A stretch of 63,900 nucleotides of DNA, counting the filler, from Octopus bimaculoides (taxonomy: Eukaryota), in assembly GCF_001194135.2 (NCBI RefSeq). It is 7 parts of 6 records of this genome, joined end to end, with 100 filler letters (N's around TTAATTAATTAA, not from the genome) between each part and the next. Parts side by side here need not be neighbours in the genome. Positions count along the whole stretch, not along the records: positions 26,604 to 42,208 come from NC_068981.1; positions 42,309 to 55,363 come from NC_069002.1; 5 more parts are not named here. One strand, given 5' to 3'. This document shows positions 41,776 to 54,674 of the stretch, in pieces. The notes under the pieces are model-generated. The model was not told the DNA's origin. It was given only the letters and a program-made list of their open reading frames with translations, and did no database searches. A program made the translations under genes and the position numbers. Positions within the stretch are counted from its first letter, which is position 1. The number at the start of each line of letters is the position of its first letter.

Positions 41776-42208
41776 TGTTGTTGTAGTAGTAAATTTCCGG
41801 CACTGGTAAAGATATACCAGCGCAATTCTGTCGGGTTGTTTCACTCGATTTATCGCTCGTACCCAAGTAGATTGATCGTTAGACAGACTGAAAATTACGG
41901 AGACGCCTCATTAAGTAGCTAATCTGAAAGATTCTTTAGTAGTTACCCTATGTCATATCGAATTCTACTATCGAATTCTACTATCGAATTCTTAAACGCA
42001 GTTGGTTCGGCTATCTTACAAATTGTGAAAACATACGATGGAAATCTATGGTAATTAACTTAGAATTCAATTAACTTGGCGTGATTACCTATAGTAAGTG
42101 TCAAAATTCATCAAACTGTGTAGACGCTAATAATTAAAGGTTTCAAAACTAATATAACCGCTAAAAGTTATTATGAATATGTAAAACTTTCGTTAATGCA
42201 GCAATAGT
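40240..42208. repeat. Tandem duplicate (~40240-41250 vs ~41424-42208), probably an uncollapsed haplotype
   Basis: The (CTT)n flank and ~380 bp of unique sequence occur twice across a 10-N gap. Copy 2 spans the N-gap of copy 1. Confidence 0.85.
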
Positions 42209-42308
42209 NNNNNNNNNNNNNNNNNNNNNNNNNNNNNNNNNNNNNNNNNNNNTTAATTAATTAANNNNNNNNNNNNNNNNNNNNNNNNNNNNNNNNNNNN
42301 NNNNNNNN

Positions 42309-42424
42309 ACTATAATATTGCAATAATGTATGAATTTCAAGCATGTATATATTGAAAAGACAAGTACAACTAAGATATTAATATATACATGCTTGAAATT
42401 CATACATTATTGCAATATTATAGT
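42309..42424. repeat. Perfect 45-bp inverted repeat with 26-nt loop
   Basis: 42309-42353 is the exact reverse complement of 42380-42424. Confidence 0.95.
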
Positions 42425-42823
42425 TTGCTAGTGAAACGAAAATGGCTGCGGAAAATATATACAACGTTGAAAATCTCAATTTGTATATACTATATACACC
42501 AAGTCAATATACTGAGCTATCAAAAGTATGTGTTTGTATACGTAAGCACCTGTACATGCATGATTTTAGCAGATGAGAGTACGCATGATTTTGAATATAC
42601 AATTGTTTCAAAACTATCGAATACACACACACAGTGCTAAGCACATAAGTGCAAAAAATAGTACTTGAATACCAAACATAGAGTAATATGATTTTATTAA
42701 CGCTGCAACATTATCCCGTAACTGTTACTCGGAGTTTCACGTTCCCGTTCATCTCGACTGTCCGACGAACGGGAACTGAAACTCTGAGTACCAGTTTTGA
42801 TATAATTTTGGAGCTTTAATAAA

Positions 42824-42861
<38 letters not shown>

Positions 42862-44519
42862 NNNNNNNNNNNNNNNNNNNNNNNNNNNNNNNNNNNNNNN
42901 NNNNNNNNNNNNNNNNNNNNNNNNNNNNNNNNNNNNNNNNNNNNNNNNNNNNNNNNNNNNNNNNNNNNNNNNNNNNNNNNNNNNNNNNNNNNNNNNNNNN
43001 NNNNNNNNNNNNNNNNNNNNNNNNNNNNNNNNNNNNNNNNNNNNNNNNNNNNNNNNNNNNNNNNNNNNNNNNNNNNNNNNNNNNNNNNNNNNNNNNNNNN
43101 NNNNNNNNNNNNNNNNNNNNNNNNNNNNNNNNNNNNNNNNNNNNNNNNNNNNNNNNNNNNNNNNNNNNNNNNNNNNNNNNNNNNNNNNNNNNNNNNNNNN
43201 NNNNNNNNNNNNNNNNNNNNNNNNNNNNNNNNNNNNNNNNNNNNNNNNNNNNNNNNNNNNNNNNNNNNNNNNNNNNNNNNNNNNNNNNNNNNNNNNNNNN
43301 NNNNNNNNNNNNNNNNNNNNNNNNNNNNNNNNNNNNNNNNNNNNNNNNNNNNNNNNNNNNNNNNNNNNNNNNNNNNNNNNNNNNNNNNNNNNNNNNNNNN
43401 NNNNNNNNNNNNNNNNNNNNNNNNNNNNNNNNNNNNNNNNNNNNNNTATATATATTCGAAACGTCTAGATAGAATAGAGACAGCTGATGAAGGGATATTC
43501 CAAGTGGCTTTCCGTTTTTCTATATGTTCGTTCCGTTGTCTGTAGTTTATTGTTCTAACGTCCTGTACCCTGATATGCATGTATATACACATGTAGATGT
43601 AAGTATGTACATATATGTGTGTATACATGTATATATATTCTTTGTATTATATATATATATATATATATATTTGTACTGAATGTATGCATATTGTACTAAG
43701 TTGCGATAACAGTGTTTAAGTTTCATTTGAATATTATATTTCCTTCTTGTGAAAACAAATGATAATGTCGAACGAGTTGTATACATCCAAACCTTTACAC
43801 CCTGACATACAGTCGAATGGTGGTCTCACGTAGTTTTTTTCATGAACACACACATGCGCCCCCCCCCCTCACACAAACAAGCTAATGCACACACTCACAC
43901 GCGCACATACATATACTGCTTTCTCTACACTCACACAAACACACAGATATATTTATAAATATGCTTATATGCATAAAAATAGTTGTACACATATATACTG
44001 CTTTGACACAGATTCGTAAAATATAATTTTCGGCAAGAAAATGTTTTAAAAAATTATTACTTCAAAATGACAATGGCTTATATCTTTGTTGTATAACATA
44101 TACCACATATAATAGATTATTATTATTCAGCAAATATTTCATCCATGGGATACATGATAAATAACAACAAATTGATTACTGAATAAACATTTTAAACAAC
44201 AGCATAAATAGAATAATATACAATGCAAGTGGTGGTTACAGATTTCTTCGTAAAATATAATGCATGCCATAACATATACAGAATTGTACATATGTGTGTG
44301 TATGTCTGTGTGTGTGCATGTATGTATAACTAAACATTTGTCCATACAAACAAGATTAAGAGCGCTCATTACAAGTGTATATATGTATTTTATAATATTT
44401 TATTTGTATAAAGTTACAATAACGAACCAGGGATTGCGTGTTACGTGCCTGGTGTTCTTTTATGAAAAGGACCGTTTCATAACCGACACACAGGAAACCT
44501 TGGGTCCTTCAATATAGGA

Positions 44520-45332
44520 ATGTGTGTGTGTGTGTNNNNNNNNNNNNNNNNNNNNNNNNNNNNNNNNNNNNNNNNNNNNNNNNNNNNNNNNNNNNNNNNN
44601 NNNNNNNNNNNNNNNNNNNNNNNNNNNNNNNNNNNGTATGTATGTATGTATGTATGTATGTATGTATGTTTGTAGGTACATATATACGTTCATACAAATT
44701 ATACATAAACATATACATATATATATATAATTTGGAAGCATTGCTTTGTTTCTCAAAAATATTGAGAATTGTAGCAAACACAAACATACAAACTGATACT
44801 TGCAGATGAATAAGCATAAACATATATATATATATATATACATGTATATACATATGTATGCATGTATGCATCTATCTATCTATCTTTCTATATANNNNNN
44901 NNNNNNNNNNNNNNNNNNNNNNNNNNNNNNNNNNNNNNNNNNNNNNNNNNNNNNNNNNNNNNNNNNNNNNNNNNNNNNNNNNNNNNNNNNNNNNNNNNNN
45001 NNNNNNNNNNNNNNNNNNNNNNNNNNNNNNNNNNNNNNNNNNNNNNNNNNNNNNNNNNNNNNNNNNNNNNNNNNNNNNNNNNNNNNNNNNNNNNNNNNNN
45101 NNNNNNNNNNNNNNNNNNNNNNNNNNNNNNNNNNNNNNNNNNNNNNNNNNNNNNNNNNNNNNNNNNNNNNNNNNNNNNNNNNNNNNNNNNNNNNNNNNNN
45201 NNNNNNNNNNNNNNNNNNNNNNNNNNNNNNNNNNNNNNNNNNNNNNNNNNNNNNNNNNNNNNNNNNNNNNNNNNNNNNNNNNNNNNNNNNNNNNNNNNNN
45301 NNNNNNNNNNNNNNNNNNNNNNNNNNNNNNNN

Positions 45333-45366
<34 letters not shown>

Positions 45367-45452
45367 TATATGCATTCATACATGTATGTATATATACATG
45401 TATAAATAAATAAATAGATATATATATATATAGCGATAAAAAAAAAGATAGG

Positions 45453-45500
<48 letters not shown>

Positions 45501-45844
45501 ATGATGGATGGATAGACGGATAAACAATATGTATTACACTTTAACGTTAACAATCAACACTCAATCTATACATAATGCATAAAATATATATCTTTGTAAA
45601 TATAATCAGTATGTAGATACAGGGAGATCGATAAATATTTAAATACATCGATAAATGGTGAGATACTTCTATGTGCATGTAAATACGCATGTACTTTTGC
45701 ACATATATGTATGCAATAGACGTGATATATATTTTTCTATGCATGTAGACATATTGGTCTATACGCCCTGTTGGATTACGCAATGCTTTATTTTCATATA
45801 TGAGCTGATACATCATGCGTTAAAACTTACACGCACACTCGCAC

Positions 45845-45906
<62 letters not shown>

Positions 45907-46121
45907 CTAGCGCGTTAGAAGTCATATTATGTGGCAATTACGGTTTTCCTTTTGGGTAAACAATGCATACCGCTCACTATATTAATTTTATATATATATA
46001 TGAGCATATACAACTCTTTTGAATATACTTGGGCACAAAGAATGTTTAAATCCATACATTTATAGATGTGAGTGTGTGTGTGTGNNNNNNNNNNGAATGT
46101 TTAAATCCATACATTTATAGA

Positions 46122-46157
<36 letters not shown>

Positions 46158-46313
46158 TGTGTGTGTGTGTGTAGATGTACATGTACATGCTTATATATGT
46201 GTATATATATGTGTATAACATAGTCATATAGAACTAAATGCAGATGTATATAAATGTATGTATGTGTGTGTGAGTATATATATATATATATATATATATA
46301 TATNNNNNNNNNN

Positions 46314-46355
<42 letters not shown>

Positions 46356-46465
46356 AGAGAAGGGAAAGACAGATAAATAAATAGATACATGGATTTACAT
46401 GATTATTTACATATCTAATTATACGCATATATACATACACATATACATACATACATATATATGTA

Positions 46466-46527
<62 letters not shown>

Positions 46528-47008
46528 TGTATATACATATATATATATATAAATACATATATATATATATATCTATGCATGTATATATATATATATCTAT
46601 ATATGCATGCATAGATACATATATACATATATATACATAGATATGTATACATTGATGCATATATACATACTCACACATACATACATACATACAGACAGAC
46701 AGACAGACAGACAGAGACAGACAGACACCCACGAAAAATTTAGTGGTATTTAGTGACAGAGAAAAGTAACAAGTGGAGGAAAGGACAGGAAGACAGATAT
46801 ACAGACAAACAGTGAAATAGTATGTGTGTGTGTGAGAGAGTGAGAGAGACAAAGAGATAGTGGGACAGATAGAGAGATAGAGAGAAAGAGAAAGAGAGAG
46901 AGAGAAAGAAAGAAAGAGAAAGAAAGAAAGAGAGAGAAAGAAAGAGAGTCATGTTTGAATGTGATAGAAGTAAACTATATCGCGTGATCGAAAAATGANN
47001 NNNNNNNN

Positions 47009-47045
<37 letters not shown>

Positions 47046-47180
47046 ATGCGTATATGTGTGTGCGTGTGTGTGTTGTTTGTGTGTATATATATTATAGTAT
47101 ATTATAATATTTTATCATATTATATTATGTACATATAAACACTTATATGTGTATGCATATGTATATGTGTGTATGTATGT
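44520..47180. repeat. Microsatellite-rich gapped region (TA, CA, GA, GATA, ATGT), probable Lbx intron
   Basis: Direct reading. Lies 3' of the Lbx donor on the minus strand. Confidence 0.85.
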
Positions 47181-47241
47181 ACGCATGCATGTATGTATTC
47201 ATACGTGTTATGTCCCTAACAATACTATGGAAGCCACTTAC

Positions 47242-48732
47242 CGACAGAATCCGTCGTTTCCAACCCTTCGAACGTTTTATTAGCCATTTCCATAAGAGCA
47301 TCCAGTGGCGAAACTGTTTTCACGATGGACGGAATCGGAGCATCATCATCAACATTAATTTCTTCCTCTTCATCCTCATCCTCCCCATCCTCTTCCCCTT
47401 CATCCTCACCTTCCACATCTGACGACGTGTTATTATCACTGTCCGCCCCAGTGTCCCACGGCCGGACGATGCGAGCCCCGTTCGAAATCGTGGTGGCCGT
47501 AATGCGAGCGCTGCGATGGTTACCGGTAAAGCTTCTCCGACTCGCCTGTTGGCTGTTGTACTGTTGATGCGGTTGATGATGATGATGCTGTTGTGATTGT
47601 TGTTGCTGTGATTGTTGTTGTTGGAGTGGTTGATGAGGATGGTGTTGTTGTTGTTGTGGATGATGATGCTGGTGGTGGCTATTCTGTGTGTTTTGCAACT
47701 GTGGGGTACGAAGCGGGTGGTGACCGCGGTAGAAACGACCATTGCTGTTGTTAATAATATTACTTGTTTCATAACTGGTGTTTTTAGTGTTGTTGTTGTG
47801 ATGGTGCAGGTGGATGTCGCGGTGGTGGTGCGTGCTATTGTTGTAGTGCGGGTGGTAGTAGTCCAAGTGATCGATGCGATCGATACGCGGGTATTGTTTA
47901 TTGGGGGAGATTTTCGATATGTGTGTGGGGCTGAGTTTGTTGTCTTTGACCACGATTGTTGTTGATGTTGTTGTTGCTAGGCTTGTCGGTGACGGTGATG
48001 ATGATGATGGTGGTGAGGGTGGTTGCGATGATGGTGGTGGTGGTGTTGGCGTTGGGGTGGACGATGGAGGCGGTGTTGGGGGCGACGGTATTACCGTTGT
48101 TGTTGTTGTTGTTGTTATTGCTGTTGGCGTTGTTGTTGTGGTTCGTGGTGGTGGTGGTGGTGGTGGTGGTGTCGTTGATGCTGTTGTTGTTGTTGTTGTG
48201 GTTGTTGTTACAGTCGATGTTGTTGCTGTTACGGTTGCTGTATCGCTAGCCGTGTCATCGTTGACCGCCAACCGTTTGTTGTTGTCTGTTGTTGGTGGTG
48301 TTGGTGTTGGTGTTGTTGTTGTTTGGTGATGATGATAGTGATGGTGGTGGTGGTAGTGTGGGTGGTGGTGTGAGTGGCCGGTGCGATGGACAGAATGGAC
48401 ATGATTATTACTGTTGTTGTTGTTGCTGTTGCGATTGCGATGATTAGCAACCGTTGACGTTGTAGAAGTAGTTGTTGATGATGATGATAGCGGTGATAAC
48501 GATGATGATGATGACGATGATGGTGACGCTGATGATAACGATGATGATGTTGTTAACGTCGCAATTGTTGTGTTTGCAACGCTGTTAGTTTTGTTGTTGT
48601 TATTGTTGTTGACGGTAGAAGTCGTGTTTGTTGTTGGTGTTGTTGCTGTTATAGATGTCGTTACTGTAGTTGTCCGTACGTGGTCTTCATCGCTATTGCT
48701 CACCGCCGACGAGAAAGAAGAGAACGAGGTGC

Positions 48733-48796
<64 letters not shown>
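47242..48796 (-). CDS. Lbx: Lbx/ladybird-type homeobox gene, N-terminal exon (5' part in gap; homeobox exon not visible)
   Basis: Stop-free for 1.55 kb in a GC-rich stretch. Ends SPLDALMEMANKTFEGLE (47258-47311), matching the Lbx pre-homeodomain motif (vertebrate Lbx1 SPLCALEELASKTFKGLE, recalled). Also IVRPWD (47453-47470) and an acidic tract. Consensus donor GTCG|GTAAGT at 47242/47241. Confidence 0.75.
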
Positions 48797-51772
48797 NNNN
48801 NNNNNNNNNNNNNNNNNNNNNNNNNNNNNNNNNNNNNNNNNNNNNNNNNNNNNNNNNNNNNNNNNNNNNNNNNNNNNNNNNNNNNNNNNNNNNNNNNNNN
48901 NNNNNNNNNNNNNNNNNNNNNNNNNNNNNNNNNNNNNNNNNNNNNNNNNNNNNNNNNNNNNNNNNNNNNNNNNNNNNNNNNNNNNNNNNNNNNNNNNNNN
49001 NNNNNNNNNNNNNNNNNNNNNNNNNNNNNNNNNNNNNNNNNNNNNNNNNNNNNNNNNNNNNNNNNNNNNNNNNNNNNNNNNNNNNNNNNNNNNNNNNNNN
49101 NNNNNNNNNNNNNNNNNNNNNNNNNNNNNNNNNNNNNNNNNNNNNNNNNNNNNNNNNNNNNNNNNNNNNNNNNNNNNNNNNNNNNNNNNNNNNNNNNNNN
49201 NNNNNNNNNNNNNNNNNNNNNNNNNNNNNNNNNNNNNNNNNNNNNNNNNNNNNNNNNNNNNNNNNNNNNNNNNNNNNNNNNNNNNNNNNNNNNNNNNNNN
49301 NNNNNNNNNNNNNNNNNNNNNNNNNNNNNNNNNNNNNNNNNNNNNNNNNNNNNNNNNNNNNNNNNNNNNNNNNNNNNNNNNNNNNNNNNNNNNNNNNNNN
49401 NNNNNNNNNNNNNNNNNCGTCAGGTAATGTGAAGAGAGAAGGAAGTGGGAGAAGTCGTGGTGGTAGCAGCGGCAGACGATAAGTGGGGTGGGGGAATAGT
49501 GTGAGGCAGGAATGTTCATGAGAGAGAGAGAGAGAGGGGGTATGTGAGGAAGGGGAGAAATAGTAGAACTACTGGGTGGGGGACAAGAACGGAGGCGAAG
49601 GAGGAGGAGCGAATGATGAGAGGGAGGGAAGTGGAGGAGGGAACGAAGTCATAAAAGAGTAAAAACAAGGAAGTGGGGGAAGATAGAAAAAATAGGGAAA
49701 GAAAAGGAATTATGATAGGAGAGTAATGAGAGGTTGATCATGTGAGAGACAGAGAGGGGGGATGCGGTAGTGGGGAGATAGAGTAAAAGGAAGAGAAAGA
49801 AGGGGAGATGGGGAAAGAGGAAAACGTTATGTCGGTGAAAGAGGAGGAAGGAGGTAGGGGCAGAGTGAGAAAAGGGGAGGGCAGAGCAAAGAGGAGTGAA
49901 AGAGAAAGAGAAGAAATGTACGGAAGAAAGTGAAATAAAAGAAAGAAAGTAAGAATGATTGTAATTGTTGTTGTTTAGATCTAAATCTACACTAAGAGAC
50001 CTGAACTATTGATCAAAGGCGTTCCATTTGTGACCATACCGTCGTCTTTTTTTGTTTTTTGTTTTGCTTTTTGTTTTTCACACAAATGTATCTAAGATTA
50101 CATTATTTAATGTTTCCTGGTTTGATAACCACTATAGACGGGAGATTTTCTGGCTGCTATTTCGAGCAGATTTTAAAATCCACTTAAGAGGCCACCTTCA
50201 TCTTTTGGTGTGTGAGTGTGGGGTGGATGTAGTAGTAGTAGTAGTAGTAGTAACGATGATGGTGGTCGTAGTTACAGAGAGCGAGATGCTTGTTTTCGTC
50301 GTGGTTATTTCAATGTGAAACAGACTTCCCAGAAATTCCAACCACGACCATTCCAACTGACTGTGAAAACAAGGACAACACAGTATTTTTACTTTGTCTT
50401 TTAAAAGTTGAGATCGGTTTTGAGAAAGATTTGGCTGTTAGTTCTAGCAAGTTCATTGGCCACATACAGGTCCCTCCTTCTCATATAACCTGCTACTGCT
50501 GCTGCTGCTGCTGCTGCTGTTGTTGTTGTCATCATTGTTGTTGTTGTTGCTTATACCTGATCGAAGTGACCAATCGGAACCAATCATACCGTGACCATCC
50601 AAACACAACACGTTCTCATATCTATTTTTAAGGCTGTGATTTTACGGGGATTTGACTTCTATTTCTTTCACGTTGAGCAACCCTTTATCTATTTACATAA
50701 CCTCTTTACAGTCAGATATCATCGAAATGGATTGAAGCCGTCATTAACACGAGGACGGGGTGGATGTGCGGGGTGGGCGGATTAAATGACCACCAACGAT
50801 ACCCTTATATTTAATCTAAACAATTATGCCCACCCCTCAACATGTGTTCCTTTGTTACGACGCTTATAAATTATTGTTACTGTATCAGTATGGCCAAATG
50901 GTTAAGAAATTCGCTTTGTAATCACGAGGTACTGGGATCGATCCTACTGCGAAGCATTTTATGCAAGTATCTTTTGCTATGGCCTCGATTCAATTCATGA
51001 TTTGTGAGTGAAAACAGATTGACGAGTGGAAGCCCGTCATTGTACCAGTAATTCCAAATGTCCAGCCTTGTGACTTACTGTTCCATACTGATCCTGCCTG
51101 CGGAATACTCAGTCACTGACATGCTAATTTAACGTGTTTGTAGTTCAAATGATCAAACAACTCAATCCTCACCGTCAAAACCGATGGAGAACCATTTCTG
51201 CTCATTTGACCAATGCTGTGGTTACTATGTGCAGCCCCAGATGACCTGTGGCTATCATGCTTGACCGCCTGATGTGTACTTTCTTTATCTAAGACTGTAG
51301 AGTGTGATATGAAGGAGATTTGGTGGCTATTTCTAACAATTAAAGTGATAACGTAGTGGTTAGTACCAGTGATATAATGCGGTTCCATTAATTCGATTAG
51401 ACACCTCCAGAATATATTTGAATTTCCTGTGTCAATGAAGCAGGGGAATTTTTTGACTAACGGAGAAAATACCTCCTGGTATTTAGTTTTGGGCCGTTAC
51501 GTTGTGAGCTCCATTGTCGCCGAAGTTAACTAACCCTTTCATCTTTCCGGGGTCAATAAGATAAATATAAGCTATAAATATAAATATAAATATAGGTCAA
51601 TAAGATACAGTGCCAGATACATTGCCATTTACTGCGGTTGATGTACGCGGTAACCCTGATAGAAATTATTGTTATATGAATTGCATTGGAGATTACTGAC
51701 GATGTGGAAACATTCTATAGTTGTCTTAAACGCAAAATAATAGCATTGAGAGTTTTATAATTTAGTCAGAGT

Positions 51773-52160
51773 GGAGGTGCAATGGCCCAGTGGTTAGGGC
51801 AGCGGACTCGCGTTCATAGGATCGCGGTTTCGATTCCCAGACCGAGCGTTGTGAGTGTTTATTGAGCGAAAACACCTAAAAGCTCCACGAGGCTACGGCA
51901 GGGGATGGTGGCGAACCCTGCTGTACTCTTCCGCCACAACTTTCTCTCACTCTTACTTCTTGTTTCTGTTGTGCCTGTAATTCAAAGGGTCAGCCTTGTC
52001 ACACTGTGTCACGCTGAATATCCCTGAGAACTACGTTAAGGGTACACGTGTCTGTGGAGTACTCAGCCACTTGTACGTTAATTTCACGAGCAGGCTGTTC
52101 CGTTGATCGGATCAACTGGAACCCTCGACGTCGTAAGCGACGGAGTGCCAACAACAACAA
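51773..52160 (+). mobile_element. Full-length tRNA-derived SINE, second family, (CAA)n tail
   Basis: A-box TGGCCCAGTGG, B-box GGTTTCGATTCCC, non-tRNA body and simple-repeat tail. Confidence 0.85.
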
Positions 52161-53089
52161 TTCAGTCAGTGAATTGGCGAAGCCGTTAGCGCGTCAGATA
52201 GAATGTCCCTATTTCAATTCTCTGCGCCTTAAGTTCAGTTCCTGCTCAGTTCAACTTTGCCTTTCATTCTTTCAGAGCCGATAAAAATGTACCGACACAG
52301 AGCGATGGATTAGAGGGACGGTACGAATGCTGAACCAGATGTTTTGTCGTATTCGTTCCGGCTCTTAGCATACTGAGTACAAATATCGCCACAGTCTACT
52401 AGACTGTTGAATGTTTTTGTGAAATCTCTTCTGATTGTATCAGAAGGGATTCGAGCTAGATGTCTGGTCTCAGGATAACTTCTTCATTCCTACCAGTCCT
52501 CAGAGCCCAGAAAAGAGTCATGGACTTTACCCTTATCTTTTACCCATTAGAAATTTGTTAAAATATACGCTACTAGGTTAATGGTGTGAAGGTATGGCCT
52601 AGTGATTCAGGTGCTGCACTCGCTATCGCAAGATCACGGTTTCGAATGCAGAACCACGTGATGCGTTGTATTCCTGAGCAAAATATTTTATTTCCCGTCG
52701 CTCTGTGATGACTTCGACAACTGATGTGTGGCACACAGCTGTCCAGAAAATGTCGCTTTGCTGGGGGTAGTGAATAACTGTACAACATAAACATCCATCA
52801 GGGTAATGTATTTGATATTAAGGGCGTTTAAATTCCTGATATTAAATAAAGTATTAACTTTTGTTGTAATCAAATTAGTAGCCTCAGTTTTCTGAAGCCA
52901 CTGTAATGGTTGAGTATATAAACAGATTGGCTGCTTCTTTCTCTATGTAGATGTGCCGTTCACGAGAATCCAATAAGACTAGAAAATCGATTAAGGTTGT
53001 TCATCATTTTCTTCTTAATCTACGGAGTAATAGCTAAATTAGCCCTGTTTATTAAGATACTATATAGGTTACACACACACACACACATA

Positions 53090-54469
53090 TTGGGTTATTC
53101 CATAAATAATGAGGTTTTTTCAATTGCATGAACTAAAAGTCGGAGGAGGATGGAATAAACTACCTGCATCAACTTGCTATAAAAGTAGGTAACAATTTTA
53201 CCTTGTACTTATTCTTAGTGCAAGTGCAGTTCGATTTTAACAGTTATTTTTTAAAAGCTATAATGGAAATGACAAAGGAGCATATTCGGCATATTTTGCT
53301 TTATGAGTTAAATGGAAGAAACAGCGGCACAGAAAGTGCGACTAATATTAATGCAGTATATGGGGATCGGACAATTAGCGTTAGTTAGTGTCAACGGTGG
53401 CTCCAGAAATTTCGAGCCGGAAACTACTGCCTAGAAGACAAGCCTCGTCCTGGAAGATCTGTAGAGCTCGACGAGGACGTCCTGCAAACCCTAATGGAAC
53501 AAAATCCCATCGTAACTGTTGAGGAACTAGCAGAGAAGCCTGGATTTGGTCATTCAATCATTCATCGACACCTGCATGCCATCGGAAAAGTCAGCAAATT
53601 GGGTTAATGGTTCCTCACAAACTTTCAGAGTCTAATCGCGCGCAGAAAGTAAATGTGTGCTCTTCTTTGCTGTCACGTCTCACAAATGAACCTTTTTTTA
53701 ACCGAATAGTGACTGGTGACTAGAAATGGGTTCTCTATAAAAATGTCAAGCACCGAGGACAGTAGGTAAGGAAAGGAGAAACTCCGGCACCCCAGGCTAA
53801 AGAAGGTCTCTGCCCAAGTAAGGAGGATGGAATAAACTACCTGCATCAACTTGCTATAAAAGTAGGTAACAATTTTACCTTGCACTTATTCTTAGTGCAA
53901 TGCAGTTCGATTTTAACAGTTATTTTTTCAAAGCTATAATGGAAAGGCATATTCTGTTTGGTGGGATATAAAAGGTTTAATCCACTTTGAACTTTTAAAT
54001 TCAAACCAAACAATAATAAAGGAAATATCCATATCCTGCAAGCAGCTTGGGCGGCTTAAGTCGTGGCTAGAAGAAAAACGACCATCTTTGGTTTCATGAT
54101 GAAAGGTGTTCTTTCATCAAGATAATGCTCAGCCACATACAGTGAGGATGACATTCCAAAGGCTGGAGCAGTTTGAATGGGAAACGAGGCCCCACCTATC
54201 ATATTCATCGGACATTGCTCCATCTGATTATCGTTAATTCCGCAGTCTAGAAAATCATTTGGACGGCAAAAATATGAACTCTGTAGACGAGATCAGAACA
54301 GTGCTGGAGGAGTATTTTGGAAGAGGGACCTGGTAAGTCTACCAGATAGATTGAAGAGCATTGTAGGACATGAAGGAGAGTATATTTTAGATTAAAAAAG
54401 AAATTTGTTTATGTTAATATTGAAAAATATTAGAAGTATAAAAACCGCATTATTTATGGGATGACCCAA
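53090..54469 (+). mobile_element. Full-length decayed mariner (DD34D) transposon
   Basis: TIRs ttgggttattccataaataatgaggttttt / aaaaaccgcattatttatgggatgacccaa, TA on both sides. Transposase remnants MEMTKEHIRHILLYE (53263), VTGD*KW, FHQDNAQPH, DIAPSDY, EGEYILD*. Stops and frameshifts present. Confidence 0.93.
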
Positions 54470-54471
54470 TA

Positions 54472-54512
<41 letters not shown>

Positions 54513-54674
54513 GTGTGCGTGTGTGTGTGTACACATATATCTATGCATATATTTTTACAAAACACGCACATATGCTTTTCAATTTGCGGTTGATTGGTTC
54601 TGCGAATTACTAATATGGTCTAAAAATCAGAAGACAAATTTTTAATGGTATTAATAATAATAAAAAAATAGCAC

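Noticed and set aside
40153-45553. Long ORFs of 150-270 aa
   Set aside because: Made of N-runs and microsatellite translation.
47320-49482. Plus-strand Val/Leu/Met-rich ORFs resembling membrane proteins
   Set aside because: Antisense shadows of the repeat-rich Lbx-like exon.
49418-49519. ATG at 49519 as the Lbx start
   Set aside because: In frame only across a 621-N gap of uncertain size, and the peptide lacks the expected eh1 (FSIxxIL) motif.
51773-51850. tRNA gene
   Set aside because: A and B boxes are present but there is no acceptor stem or cloverleaf closure, and it continues into a SINE body with a (CAA)n tail.
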